Shown: positions 27,927 through 38,671 of the stretch, piece after piece
How positions within the stretch are numbered: the stretch's first letter is position 1
Layout: each line of letters begins with the position of its first letter
DNA from: a bacterium
GTDB lineage: Bacteria; RBG-13-61-14; DATKZS01
Direction of reading: 5' to 3'
Assembly: GCA_963674965.2 (NCBI GenBank)
Contig: CAXXFL010000006.1
Span: forward strand, 320,001-384,000
DNA length: 64,000 nucleotides
Made by a program: the position numbers and the translations under genes
Notes under the pieces: generated by a model
The model's input: the letters and a program-made list of their open reading frames with translations, nothing else
The model's database searches: none
Told to the model about the DNA's origin: nothing

Positions 27927-30900
27927 ATGACTTTCATCGCCTCTAGTAAACTCCCTGAGCCGGGAGATGTTGTCCGGGTTCGGACCCGAACCTACCTGGT
28001 TGAATCCGCCGAACGTGGCCCAGGCGGACACCGCATCGGTATGTCTTGTCTGGATGATGACGCCCAGGGCCAACCCCTTGAGGTTATCTGGGAGATAGAG
28101 CTCGACACGGAAATCTTGGATGAGGAAGCCTGGAAGTCCATCGGTGAGCGTGGCTTTGACACCCCCAGGTACTTCAGCGCCTATGTCCATACTCTACGAT
28201 GGAACTGTGTCACGGCCACCAATCCTCGTCTGTTTCAATCTCCGTTTCGTGCCGGCATCAGGATTGACGCTTACCAGCTCGACCCGCTCCGCAAGGCCCT
28301 GCTTCTCCCCCGAGTGAATCTGTTCATCGCCGATGACGTGGGCCTCGGCAAGACAATTGAAGCAGGTCTGATCGCAAGCGAGCTTCTTCTCCGCCGCCGA
28401 ATCAGTGAGATTGTTATTTCATGCCCTCCATCAATGTTGACTCAATGGAAAGACGAGATGGATACCCGATTCGGGTTGACTTTCGAAATCCTGGACCGGG
28501 CGTATGTGGAGAAGGTCCGGCAGGAACGCGGCTATGGCGTCAATCCGTGGACAACCTTCCCGAGGTTCCTCGTCTCTCAGCGGCTCTTGATTGATGAAAC
28601 CTACACCGCTCCGCTCCGGGACTGGCTGGACAATCTTAGACCCCGTACTCTTTTCATCCTGGATGAAGCCCACCATGCGGCTCCTTCCAGTGGCTCAAAG
28701 TACGCCATAGATTCTCGCATAACCAGAGCAATCCGGGACCTGGCCCCTCGCTTTGAACATCGCCTTTTCCTATCGGCGACGCCTCATAACGGGCACTCGA
28801 ACAGCTTCAGCGCTCTTTTAGAGATTCTTGATTCCAACCGCTTCACACGTGGCGTTAAGGTTCTCAAGAGCAACCTCGATGAAGTAATGGTGCGCCGAAT
28901 TAAGGACGACATCCGTGAACTTCAAGGCGGATTCCCCAAGCGTTGCGTCAAGCAGATAGACATTGAAGGGCTGCGCGATGATGCGCCCGAACTGGCTCTA
29001 TCCCACCTGCTGGATCAGTACCGGCAGGTAAGACAGCGCCGGGTCGAGGGTGAAAATAAGCGTAAGCAGGCTGAGGCCTCCCTGTTGATAACCGGCCTGC
29101 AGCAACGTCTCCTCTCCTCGATTGAAGCCTTCGCCCGGACTCTCAGCGTTCACCGTAGGACAATGGAAAGGCTTTGGGCCAAGGAATCGAAGTCTGGCCA
29201 AAGCGGTCAATCGGAAAAAGGTTCCGATGCGAGCAAGAAGCAGTTGTCCTTATTGGGCGGCAGTCTCGGCAACGATGACAGCCGTTCCGCGCTCCCGGAA
29301 GAAGAATTGCAGGCTATCGAAGATGTTCAATTCGAAACTTCCACTCAAAGAACCGCCGGGGACGAGGCCCGTGCTGATATCAAGAAAGAGAAGGAACTGC
29401 TCGACCTGATGCATGACATCGCTGACCAGGGGCGTGGGCTGCCAGACGCTCGGGTCAAGCTCCTCATCAAGTGGATTAACGAAAACATGTGCCCCGGTGT
29501 CCGGCTTCCGGGTGAAAAAAGTCCTCAATCCGGCGCGGCATGGAATGACCTGCGCCTCCTTATTTTCACCGAGTACGATGACACCAAACGCTATCTGGTA
29601 AGAACACTGGAAGCCGCCATCGCTGGGACGGAGCTTGAGGATTACAGGATTGAGGTTTACCACGGGCCAACGCCACTGGATAAGCGCGAGCAAATCAAAC
29701 GCGCTTTCAATGCGCCTCCCCAAAAACATCCGGTACGCATTCTCATTGCGACCGATGCGGCAAGGGAGGGCCTCAACCTCCAAGCCCATTGCTACAATGT
29801 TTTCCATTTTGATGTTCCTTGGAACCCGAGCCGCCTTGAGCAGCGCAATGGCCGCATTGACCGCAAGCTGCAACCATCGCCTGAAGTCTATTGCCACTAT
29901 TTTGTTTATGTACAACGGCCAGAGGACCGGGTACTGCAAGCATTAGTAAGGAAGACCAATACCATCCGCAATGAACTCGGCAGCCTTTCCCAGGTCCTGG
30001 ATGACCGCCTCGCCGATACCCTTCGCCTGGGCATCAGTCACCAGGACGTTGACAGCATGACTGACTCAATTGAGAACGCTGACATTGACCCGGAGAAGCG
30101 GGCCACCACCGAAGAGGAACTCGAAGCGACCCGCAAACGACAGGACGAACTGAGCACGGACATCACCATGCTTGAGCGTCGCGTCGATGAGTCTCGCAAA
30201 TGGATTGGCCTCGAAACGGAATCCTTCCAGGATGCTCTGTCTTGTTCACTGGAAATGCTCGGCAGTGAACCACTCAAGCCTGACGGCAAAGACGAGCCTG
30301 ACCAGCCCGACCGTTATATCTTCCCCAACCTTGAAACCAGGCAGGGAGGCGATCCTACGTGGTCAGCAACGCTCGACACTCTCCGGCAGCCCCCCGAACT
30401 GGGCGAGTCCGTGTTTCAATGGCGCAAAAGCGCTCCCATCCGCCCCGTCGTTTTCGACTCACCACCTGGCGTTGATGACAGTATAGTCCAGCTTCACCTT
30501 CAGCACCGGGTTGTTCAGCGTCTGCTCGGAAGATTCATGGCCCAGGGCTTTGTACATCATGACCTGTCACGGGCTTGCATTGCCCAGAGTCAGGACAACG
30601 TCACCCGTGTCGTGCTTTTGGGCAGGCTCTCGCTCTACGGCCCCCGAGCGGCGCGACTCCATGAAGAAATATTGTCGGTCACCGCTCGCTGGGTCAGCCC
30701 AGATAAGCGCAAGGGCAAGCTGGTGCCTTATGCCCGTGACACCGAGGCCCGCACCCTGGAGCTTCTGGAAAAGGCCCTCTCCCCGAGCGGGCAGAAAAGC
30801 CTGCCTAAGTCCGTGCAGGAGACCTTGCTTGCTTCCATCCCCATGGACATAGGCGAACTGCTGCCTCACCTGCAGGAACAAGGCCTGGCGGCTCGAAAGG

Positions 30901-31205
30901 ACGCCGAATCCGCTCTGTCCGCTCGCGGAAAAACCGAAGCCGACAACATGCGCCGTATTCTGGAAGAACAGAAAAAGCGAATCCTGGTCAAGCTGGACGA
31001 GCCCAAAGAAGTGCAGCTCAAACTTTTCGACGATACGGACGCAAAACGCCAGTACGAATCGAACCGACGCTATTGGAGGCGCTGGATCGAAAACGTGGAT
31101 GACGACCTCGAACGTGAACCCGCCCGGATTCTGGATTTCTACAAAGTGAACTCTTACCGGATCGAACCCGTGGGCATAGCCTACCTGCACCCGGGGAAGG
31201 AATAA
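27927..31205 (+). CDS. drmD: DISARM SNF2-like helicase DrmD
   Basis: QSPFRAGI, YQL.PL, IADDVGLGKT, DEAHH, SATPHNG, EGLNLQ, PWNPSRLEQRNGRIDR; first gene of the five-gene operon. Confidence 0.92.
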   Translation: MTFIASSKLPEPGDVVRVRTRTYLVESAERGPGGHRIGMSCLDDDAQGQPLEVIWEIELDTEILDEEAWKSIGERGFDTPRYFSAYVHTLRWNCVTATNPRLFQSPFRAGIRIDAYQLDPLRKALLLPRVNLFIADDVGLGKTIEAGLIASELLLRRRISEIVISCPPSMLTQWKDEMDTRFGLTFEILDRAYVEKVRQERGYGVNPWTTFPRFLVSQRLLIDETYTAPLRDWLDNLRPRTLFILDEAHHAAPSSGSKYAIDSRITRAIRDLAPRFEHRLFLSATPHNGHSNSFSALLEILDSNRFTRGVKVLKSNLDEVMVRRIKDDIRELQGGFPKRCVKQIDIEGLRDDAPELALSHLLDQYRQVRQRRVEGENKRKQAEASLLITGLQQRLLSSIEAFARTLSVHRRTMERLWAKESKSGQSGQSEKGSDASKKQLSLLGGSLGNDDSRSALPEEELQAIEDVQFETSTQRTAGDEARADIKKEKELLDLMHDIADQGRGLPDARVKLLIKWINENMCPGVRLPGEKSPQSGAAWNDLRLLIFTEYDDTKRYLVRTLEAAIAGTELEDYRIEVYHGPTPLDKREQIKRAFNAPPQKHPVRILIATDAAREGLNLQAHCYNVFHFDVPWNPSRLEQRNGRIDRKLQPSPEVYCHYFVYVQRPEDRVLQALVRKTNTIRNELGSLSQVLDDRLADTLRLGISHQDVDSMTDSIENADIDPEKRATTEEELEATRKRQDELSTDITMLERRVDESRKWIGLETESFQDALSCSLEMLGSEPLKPDGKDEPDQPDRYIFPNLETRQGGDPTWSATLDTLRQPPELGESVFQWRKSAPIRPVVFDSPPGVDDSIVQLHLQHRVVQRLLGRFMAQGFVHHDLSRACIAQSQDNVTRVVLLGRLSLYGPRAARLHEEILSVTARWVSPDKRKGKLVPYARDTEARTLELLEKALSPSGQKSLPKSVQETLLASIPMDIGELLPHLQEQGLAARKDAESALSARGKTEADNMRRILEEQKKRILVKLDEPKEVQLKLFDDTDAKRQYESNRRYWRRWIENVDDDLEREPARILDFYKVNSYRIEPVGIAYLHPGKE

Positions 31206-31208
31206 GCC

Positions 31209-34200
31209 GTGGCTATCGATCCCGCGATAAAAGACCATCAAACCTGGATACACTATCTCCAGCCCGAAGGTCTGGTCGTGTCCCCGGCCGCCCTGGTTGA
31301 TTCCCAGGTGATGCTGGGCGTCAATTCCGCGCCTTTGCAGCAACGATTCCTCGAGTTCCTGGAAGAGGTCGAGCATCACGACGATGAGATAGGCGTGATC
31401 CGTGACCTGAACGAGTTTCTGAAGGACTTCCTGGAATGGCCGGAGGCTAACCTCGTCGGCAAGGGCACTGACAAACCGATACCCGAGGAGTTGAAAACAC
31501 CCCTGCGGGAATTCGGCGAGACCCTGGAGCCGGACCTGGCTTTTACCAATCCAAACCAGGAAGACCAGCCCTGGCTCTTGCTGGTGAGAGAATTGCCTTT
31601 TGAGACCGACCTCGACAGAGCGATTGAATCCGTCGAGGCGGGCTGGGCCGCGTCGCCCACTCAGCGCTTCGAGCGCCTGCTCCGTGAGACCGGCGTTCCC
31701 ATTGGGCTCATCACCAACCGCCGGCTGCTCCGCCTGATCTATGTACCCAGAGGCGAAAACCCCGGCACACTGACCTTCCCGGTCTACGCCATGGCCGAGG
31801 TCTCCGGTCGGCCTATCCTGGCCGCTTTCGAGATGCTTTTAAAACGCTACCGGCTCCTGGCCGCTCCCACCGAGGCACGTCTTCCGGCTTTGCTGAAAAA
31901 AAGCCGCGATTATCAGGCAAATGTCTCAAAAGAACTGGCGGAACAGGTCCTGGACGCCCTCTATGAGCTTCTGAGAGGCTTTCAGGCAGCCGATGAGCAC
32001 TCACGCGGTGAATTACTCAAAAATGACCTATCCGAGCATCCTGACCGCATTTATAACGGCCTCCTCACTATCCTGATGCGGCTCGTGTTTCTCCTCTACG
32101 CCGAAGACCGCGGCCTGATGCCGGACAATGAACTCTATGCCGGGAACTACTCCGTCCACGGGCTATTCAACAAACTGCGCTCGGACGCGCAACACTACCC
32201 GGACACCATGGATCACCGCTACGGGGCCTGGGCGCAGCTTGTGGCATTGTTTCGGTCGGTGCATGACGGATGCGAGCATCCCATGCTCGGACTCCCCGCC
32301 CGGCACGGGCACCTGTTCGACCCGGGAAGGTTCCCGTTCCTGGAAGGCCGCACTACTTCGCAATCCCGTCTGCCCCTGGTGTCGGACGGCGTTATCTACC
32401 GGGTCCTGGACAAGCTCCTCATTCTCGACGGCGAGCGGCTTAGCTACCGAACCCTGGACGTGGAGCAGATCGGCAGCGTCTATGAAACCATGATGGGCTT
32501 CCGCCTTCAGCAGGCCGGGGGAATGACCATTGCGCTCAAGCCCGCCAAGGCAAACGGCGCGCCAGTCCCGGTCAACCTCGAAAAGCTCCTCTCCACCGCT
32601 CCGGGCAGTCGTAAGAAATGGATTGCTGACCAAACTGATTACAAGCTGACAGCCAACATGGACAGCGCGGTCAAGGGGTCCGCCAATCCGGATGAACTCC
32701 TGGCCGCTCTGGAAAACCGCATCGCCCGCAATGCCACGCCCCAGCCGGTGGCTGCCGGGACCATGATTCTCATGCCCACGGACGAGCGGAGGAAGACCGG
32801 TTCTCACTACACGCCGCGCTTGCTTACGGAGCCGATTGTCAGGACCGCTCTGGAGCCGATTTTTAAGCAGCTTGGGGCCGATCCCACCCCGGATCAGATT
32901 CTAAATCTCAAGGTCTGCGACCCGGCCATGGGTTCGGGAGCGTTCCTGGTCGAGGCTTGCCGACAAATCGGGGACGAGTTGGTCAAGGCCTGGGCTTTCC
33001 ACGGATGGAAACCGACAATCCCGCCGGACGAGGATGAAGTGCTCCATGCCCGGCGTCTGGTGGCCCAGCGCTGTCTGTACGGCGTGGACCGCAATCCCAT
33101 GGCCGTGGACCTGGCCAAACTGTCTTTGTGGCTCGCCACCCTTGCCAAGGACCATCCCTTCACTTTCCTGGACCATGCCTTGCGCTGCGGCGACTCGCTG
33201 GTGGGGCTGACCCGTGAGCAGATTGTCGGGTTTCACTGGAAACCTTCACAGCAGATCAGCTTCCTCGCCGACTTCATCCAGAAGCGGGTCAATGAAATCT
33301 CCCGTGAGCGCCGCCAGATACTCGAGTCCGGGGACCAGATGCCGCCCGAGGCCAAAAGGAAGAAACTCGATGTAGCGGACAAGGAATTGGGGAGAATCCG
33401 ACGCCTCGGTGATGCCGTGGTGTCGGCATTCTTCTCGGCATCGAATGCACGAGGGCGCGAAGAAAATCTAAAGGAGCTCATTCCACTGGCTGATGAAATT
33501 CAATCAGGACTTGGATTGGACAATGCGGTTCAATCTTTGAGCGTAGGAGAGCATCCAATTGCGCCCTTTCACTGGGAGCTTGAGTTCCCTGAGGTCTTTT
33601 TTGAGGGCAATGGAGGATTTGATGCGATTGTAGGAAATCCACCGTTTGCGGGGGTTACTACACTCTCACGATCGTCTCATGCGAACTATACCAATTGGCT
33701 AAGAACTTATTGGCAAGATACTGGGGGGAAATGCGACCTAGTTGCATTCTTTTTCCGTCAAGCATTCGACCTGGTACGTGATCGTGGATCGCTTGGGCTT
33801 GTTGCGACGAATACCATTGCTCAGGGAGACACTCGCGAAAGCGGTCTTGCACCAATAAGAAAATCGGGAGGCACCATATATTCAGCTATTAAACGCTTGA
33901 AATGGCCTGGTCAAGCAGCCGTAATTGTAAGCGTAATACATGTGCTAAAAGGCAAATTTAACGACCAATTGTACAGGAATGGTTCCCCCGTTGAAGACAT
34001 TACTTCTTTTCTTTTTAGTCGAGGAGGCGATGATATGCCCAGAAGACTCGAACAGGATATAGAGGGAGTAACGAAAGGGGTTGTGCCTTATGGACTAGGT
34101 TTTGTCATTGATAATTCAACAGAAGGATGTATTAAAAATGAAGAGGTCGAAGAGGTATTAAATGCAGAGCCAAAAAGCAGCAACCTGATTTATGAATATA

Positions 34201-35135
34201 TAGGAGGTGATGAATTCAACACATCTCCTATTCAAAAGTCAACTAAATCCATTGTTAAGTTTGATGGAATGGATTATGAAGAGGCTGCTCAGTTTCCTCT
34301 TCTACTTGAACTCGTCAAGAAAAAAGTTAAGCCAGGAAGAGATGCTCTAACAAACCAATCAGGTGCTGATAGATTAAAAAAATTCTGGTGGTGTTACCAA
34401 TATTCAGCAAGAGAACTCTATTCATCGCTTACAGGACTTAAAAGAGTTCTTGCCGTAGCTAGAGTAACAAGACATGTTGCATTTTCTTTTCTACCAACGG
34501 GAATTGTGTACAACGAAAAAATAGTTGTTTTTCCTTCTGAAGAATATTCATTCTTCGCTATCATGCAATCAAACGTTCACTCATTTTGGGCTTGGTTTTT
34601 CTCTTCTACGATGAAGGATGATCTCAATTACTCGCCTACAGACTGCTTCCATACGTTCCCTTTTCCTATTGGCTACCGTGAAAGTGTTGAACTTGGGAAG
34701 ATAGGTCAAAGTTATTATGAATTCCGCTCAAATTTAATGGTTAATAACAATGAAGGTCTTACTAAAACTTACAATCGTTTTAACGACCCAAACGAAACAT
34801 TACAAGAAATTATAAAACTCCGGGAGTTGCATGATGCAATGGACCGGGTTGTACTGGATGCCTATGGCTGGTCCGATATTCAGCCCTTGTGCGAGTTCAT
34901 TCTTGACTATGAAGATGACGACGATGATGAAGGGAGTAGCCGTCGGAAAAAGCCCTGGCGTTATCGCTGGCCGGACGAAATCCGGGACGAGGTGCTGGCA
35001 AGGCTCCTGGCGCTGAACGCCGAAAGAGCGGCAGAGGAGCACAGAGCGGGAAAAGCAGCCGCCCTGGAGGAGAAGAAAAAGGGACGCAAAAAGAAAAAGA
35101 CGGCCAAGAAGAAAGGCACGCCTTTATTTGATTAG
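31209..35135 (+). CDS. drmMI: DISARM class I N6-adenine DNA methyltransferase DrmMI
   Basis: GSHYTP, DPAMGSGAFL, YGVD, GNPPF; position between drmD and drmA. Confidence 0.88.
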   Translation: MAIDPAIKDHQTWIHYLQPEGLVVSPAALVDSQVMLGVNSAPLQQRFLEFLEEVEHHDDEIGVIRDLNEFLKDFLEWPEANLVGKGTDKPIPEELKTPLREFGETLEPDLAFTNPNQEDQPWLLLVRELPFETDLDRAIESVEAGWAASPTQRFERLLRETGVPIGLITNRRLLRLIYVPRGENPGTLTFPVYAMAEVSGRPILAAFEMLLKRYRLLAAPTEARLPALLKKSRDYQANVSKELAEQVLDALYELLRGFQAADEHSRGELLKNDLSEHPDRIYNGLLTILMRLVFLLYAEDRGLMPDNELYAGNYSVHGLFNKLRSDAQHYPDTMDHRYGAWAQLVALFRSVHDGCEHPMLGLPARHGHLFDPGRFPFLEGRTTSQSRLPLVSDGVIYRVLDKLLILDGERLSYRTLDVEQIGSVYETMMGFRLQQAGGMTIALKPAKANGAPVPVNLEKLLSTAPGSRKKWIADQTDYKLTANMDSAVKGSANPDELLAALENRIARNATPQPVAAGTMILMPTDERRKTGSHYTPRLLTEPIVRTALEPIFKQLGADPTPDQILNLKVCDPAMGSGAFLVEACRQIGDELVKAWAFHGWKPTIPPDEDEVLHARRLVAQRCLYGVDRNPMAVDLAKLSLWLATLAKDHPFTFLDHALRCGDSLVGLTREQIVGFHWKPSQQISFLADFIQKRVNEISRERRQILESGDQMPPEAKRKKLDVADKELGRIRRLGDAVVSAFFSASNARGREENLKELIPLADEIQSGLGLDNAVQSLSVGEHPIAPFHWELEFPEVFFEGNGGFDAIVGNPPFAGVTTLSRSSHANYTNWLRTYWQDTGGKCDLVAFFFRQAFDLVRDRGSLGLVATNTIAQGDTRESGLAPIRKSGGTIYSAIKRLKWPGQAAVIVSVIHVLKGKFNDQLYRNGSPVEDITSFLFSRGGDDMPRRLEQDIEGVTKGVVPYGLGFVIDNSTEGCIKNEEVEEVLNAEPKSSNLIYEYIGGDEFNTSPIQKSTKSIVKFDGMDYEEAAQFPLLLELVKKKVKPGRDALTNQSGADRLKKFWWCYQYSARELYSSLTGLKRVLAVARVTRHVAFSFLPTGIVYNEKIVVFPSEEYSFFAIMQSNVHSFWAWFFSSTMKDDLNYSPTDCFHTFPFPIGYRESVELGKIGQSYYEFRSNLMVNNNEGLTKTYNRFNDPNETLQEIIKLRELHDAMDRVVLDAYGWSDIQPLCEFILDYEDDDDDEGSSRRKKPWRYRWPDEIRDEVLARLLALNAERAAEEHRAGKAAALEEKKKGRKKKKTAKKKGTPLFD

Positions 35136-35149
35136 AATGGGAGACGCTA

Positions 35150-38100
35150 ATGACTAATCCAACAACAACCAGCGTTGAGGTCAGGGAGCGACTTGTCGAG
35201 ACCCTGCGGTTGGACCTGGTCGGCCCGGACAACGAGCACGCCTTTGCCACGGAGCTTTTGCCCGAATCGCCCACCAGGTGGTACCTGACCGGTTTTCTGG
35301 TCCCCACCGACGCGCCGGTGGAGCAGAAATTCGACGAGACCTCTGCGGAAGAAATCGACTCTCCGGCTGAAGCCGAGGGCCTGGACGACTCCGACACCCC
35401 GGACCGGTCAGCTGCCAACCGCCGAAGCCTTCTGCCTTCATCAATCGGCCTCAGCGTCCTCCTGTCATCAGACACCAAGGAACTCTCGGCCACGGTCTGC
35501 TGGGGAGATTACAAATGGGAAGCTCCGGAAAACGAGCCTGAACCCGTTGTAGGCGAACCTGAAGACGAACAAGAAGATGAAAGTCATAAAATTGAAGGCG
35601 ATGAAGGTGAGCCCGATGGCTCCGCCGGAGAATCCACGGGTAAAAAACCCTTGCGAGGTTGGCGTCGCGATCCCCGGACCGAGCAGTTAGTAATAAAGTT
35701 ACCCGACGCTGACGGCAAGCCTGGTTTCTTTGACGTGCCGAACAGCAACGGCTTGAAGCTAGTGGTCACTACCCGCTCCGCATCCACCCCCGGCTTGCCT
35801 CCCGGCACCAAGGCGGCATCCATATTCCTGGTCAACTACCGAACGCCCAATGAAGAAAAACCTTACCGCTCCTTTGCCTTTCAGGCCTGCCTGAAATTGA
35901 ACTGCAAGGAAGGTTTCGTTCCCAGGGCCGATCCCAGGGGATGGGGAGTGGACGATGAATGGGACGAGCGGGTTGGCGACCTTCAGTACAGGGACGTTTT
36001 CGAATATGCGGTGGGCCAAGGCGTTTCCGCTAATGCTGAAATAGCTGATGAAGGCGGTTGCCTTGACGTGCGGACAATCTGGATTCCCGCCGGCGAAGTC
36101 GAGCGCATCGCGCCTTCGGAGATTCCTGACGTTGAGTTGGAAATGGAGGCCCTCAGTTCGATTAAAGACGGAGCCGACGCCAAGGCCAAGCTAGGAAAGC
36201 TGACTGAGCACTATCGGGCTTGGATCGAAGAGCAACGCAAAGCCATCGCATTCTTGAATCCCAGCCGTACTCAGACCGCGAATGACATGCTAATCGAGGC
36301 CGGGCACGTTGCGTCACGGATTGACGCTGGCATTGATCTCTTGGCCGATCCCGACGTTCTTGAGGCATTTCGGATAGCTAACCAGGCGGTGGCCATGGCC
36401 TCTCGCCAGCGATTCAGCCGCATCCAGGGCAAAGCGCCCAAGAACGTTGACCCGCCCAAGTGGTATCCCTTCCAGTTAGCCTATCTGCTCATGACCATTC
36501 AGGGCATGTCCAATCCAGCACACGGGGACCGTGAGGTTGTAGACCTGCTCTTCTTCCCAACCGGCGGCGGCAAAACCGAGGCTTACCTGGCCCTTGCCGC
36601 CTTCACCTTGGTCTTGAGACGGCTCAAAGAAAAGGACGACGACGGAAAGCCTTCAATCCATTCAGCCGGTGTAAGTGTTCTCATGCGATATACGCTCCGT
36701 CTTTTGACTCTTGACCAGCTTGGCCGTGCCGCATCTTTGATATGCGCTCTTGAATTGATACGTGAAAAGAACAAGGAAGTCCTTGGTGATTGGCCCTTCG
36801 AGATCGGTCTTTGGGTCGGCCAGGCCGCGACGCCCAATCGGATGGGCCATCGAGGTGATAAAAGCGCTCAGCGGCCCTACACTGCCTACACCAAAACTTC
36901 ACAGTTCCAGAGCGATGAGAAAAAGCCTTCGCCAATTCCACTTGAGGAATGCCCCTGGTGCGGGACGAAATTCACCCGAGATTCTTTTCGGCTTGTTCCC
37001 AACAACATCAACCCAATTGACCTGCGGGTGCATTGCACCAACGACCAGTGCCTGTTTTGCGGGGACCGGTACCTGCCAATAGTCGCGGTGGACGAACCTA
37101 TCTATCGACGGCTGCCATGTTTCATGATCGCCACGGTTGATAAGTTTGCAGCCCTGCCCTGGACCGGCCTGACGGGAGCATTGTTCGGCAAGGTAGACCG
37201 GCATGACAAAGATGGTTTCTACGGCCCATGCGATCCGGGTAAGGGCACTCTGATTCCGGGAGGGCAAATCCCGCCGCCGGACCTGATTATTCAGGACGAG
37301 CTGCACCTGATCTCCGGCCCCCTGGGCACGGTGGCCGGTTTGTATGAGACGGTGATTGACGCTCTGGCAACCCGGAAAGAGGGAGAGGAGCAAATTCGCC
37401 CAAAGATCGTGGCCAGCACCGCGACCGTCCGCCGTGCCGACAGTCAAATCAGGGCATTGTTCAATCACAGCCGAGTGAACGTCTTCCCGCCGCCGGGACC
37501 GGATAGGCGGGATTCATTTTTCGCTCATTCCCTGAGCACGGATGAAAGCCCGCCTCGTTTGTATCTTGGCATCGCGGCCCAGGGCCGGAGCCTCAAGGTA
37601 GTATTTCTAAGGGCAGGACTGGCATTGCTAAGTGCAGGCCAGACCGCGTGGGAGGAAGCGATAAGCAATAAAATAACGCCCAATCCCGCCGATCCATACA
37701 TGACCCTGCTCGGCTATTTTAATTCTCTGCGTGAGCTTGGAGGCAGCAGACGGATCATCGAAGACGAAGTACGCACCAGACTTGTGACCTACTATGGCCG
37801 AAAACGACGGGACCCCAAGGATGACTTGTTCCGCAATCGTCAGATTGGCTACGACGTGCTTGAGCTTACATCACGAGTCAAGACCAATGACGTAGCCATT
37901 GCCAAGAGACGCCTTGCCTTGGACTTCTCGGATACGGAGCATGTGGACGTTGCGCTGGCGACGAATATGATTTCGGTCGGCCTCGATATCACCCGCCTGG
38001 GCCTCATGACCGTTCTCGGACAGCCAAAGACCTGCGCCGAGTACATACAGGCCACCAGCCGGGTGGGACGTGACGAAAACAGGCCGGGGCTTGTGATAAC

Positions 38101-38671
38101 GCTCCTCAACATTCACAAACCACGTGATCGGTCGCACTATGAGCGATTTACCACCTATCACAGCCTTTTCTATCGCAATGTGGAAGCAACGAGTGTTACG
38201 CCATTTTCTCCACGAGCCTTGGATCGCGCGCTTTCAGCGGCCTTGGTTGCGTTGTGTCGCCAGGAGAAAGCAGGCTTCACCCCACCAAAGTCAGCACAGG
38301 AAATATTGTCGAAGCGAGCTGACCTGGATGCATTGATTCAGATTATCTCGGAGCGAGCTCGGGAGCACAGCAACGACATGCCCGACCCGGAGCGTCAGGC
38401 GCTTGCCGCCAACGTGCTCCATCGCTGCAATGATTTGCTTGACGCTTGGCTGCGGATTGCCCAACAAGCCCAGCAGGAGGGTTCAGGCCTTCAGTATCAA
38501 AAAGAGGAAAGCGCTCCGCCGAGACGACTATTGTATGACTTTCTCGACCCGGAGATTCCCAACCTTCATCCCATCCAACACCGCTTCCGGGCCAACCGGT
38601 CCATGCGGGACGTGGAGGCATCCGTTGACATCCTGGTGAAAAATCTGAAGGACTGGGAGGATAAAAAATGA
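35150..38671 (+). CDS. drmA: DISARM helicase DrmA
   Basis: FPTGGGKTEAY, MRYTLRLLT.DQ, QDELHLI, STAT, ATNMISVG.DI.RL, YIQATSRVGR. Confidence 0.93.
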   Translation: MTNPTTTSVEVRERLVETLRLDLVGPDNEHAFATELLPESPTRWYLTGFLVPTDAPVEQKFDETSAEEIDSPAEAEGLDDSDTPDRSAANRRSLLPSSIGLSVLLSSDTKELSATVCWGDYKWEAPENEPEPVVGEPEDEQEDESHKIEGDEGEPDGSAGESTGKKPLRGWRRDPRTEQLVIKLPDADGKPGFFDVPNSNGLKLVVTTRSASTPGLPPGTKAASIFLVNYRTPNEEKPYRSFAFQACLKLNCKEGFVPRADPRGWGVDDEWDERVGDLQYRDVFEYAVGQGVSANAEIADEGGCLDVRTIWIPAGEVERIAPSEIPDVELEMEALSSIKDGADAKAKLGKLTEHYRAWIEEQRKAIAFLNPSRTQTANDMLIEAGHVASRIDAGIDLLADPDVLEAFRIANQAVAMASRQRFSRIQGKAPKNVDPPKWYPFQLAYLLMTIQGMSNPAHGDREVVDLLFFPTGGGKTEAYLALAAFTLVLRRLKEKDDDGKPSIHSAGVSVLMRYTLRLLTLDQLGRAASLICALELIREKNKEVLGDWPFEIGLWVGQAATPNRMGHRGDKSAQRPYTAYTKTSQFQSDEKKPSPIPLEECPWCGTKFTRDSFRLVPNNINPIDLRVHCTNDQCLFCGDRYLPIVAVDEPIYRRLPCFMIATVDKFAALPWTGLTGALFGKVDRHDKDGFYGPCDPGKGTLIPGGQIPPPDLIIQDELHLISGPLGTVAGLYETVIDALATRKEGEEQIRPKIVASTATVRRADSQIRALFNHSRVNVFPPPGPDRRDSFFAHSLSTDESPPRLYLGIAAQGRSLKVVFLRAGLALLSAGQTAWEEAISNKITPNPADPYMTLLGYFNSLRELGGSRRIIEDEVRTRLVTYYGRKRRDPKDDLFRNRQIGYDVLELTSRVKTNDVAIAKRRLALDFSDTEHVDVALATNMISVGLDITRLGLMTVLGQPKTCAEYIQATSRVGRDENRPGLVITLLNIHKPRDRSHYERFTTYHSLFYRNVEATSVTPFSPRALDRALSAALVALCRQEKAGFTPPKSAQEILSKRADLDALIQIISERAREHSNDMPDPERQALAANVLHRCNDLLDAWLRIAQQAQQEGSGLQYQKEESAPPRRLLYDFLDPEIPNLHPIQHRFRANRSMRDVEASVDILVKNLKDWEDKK

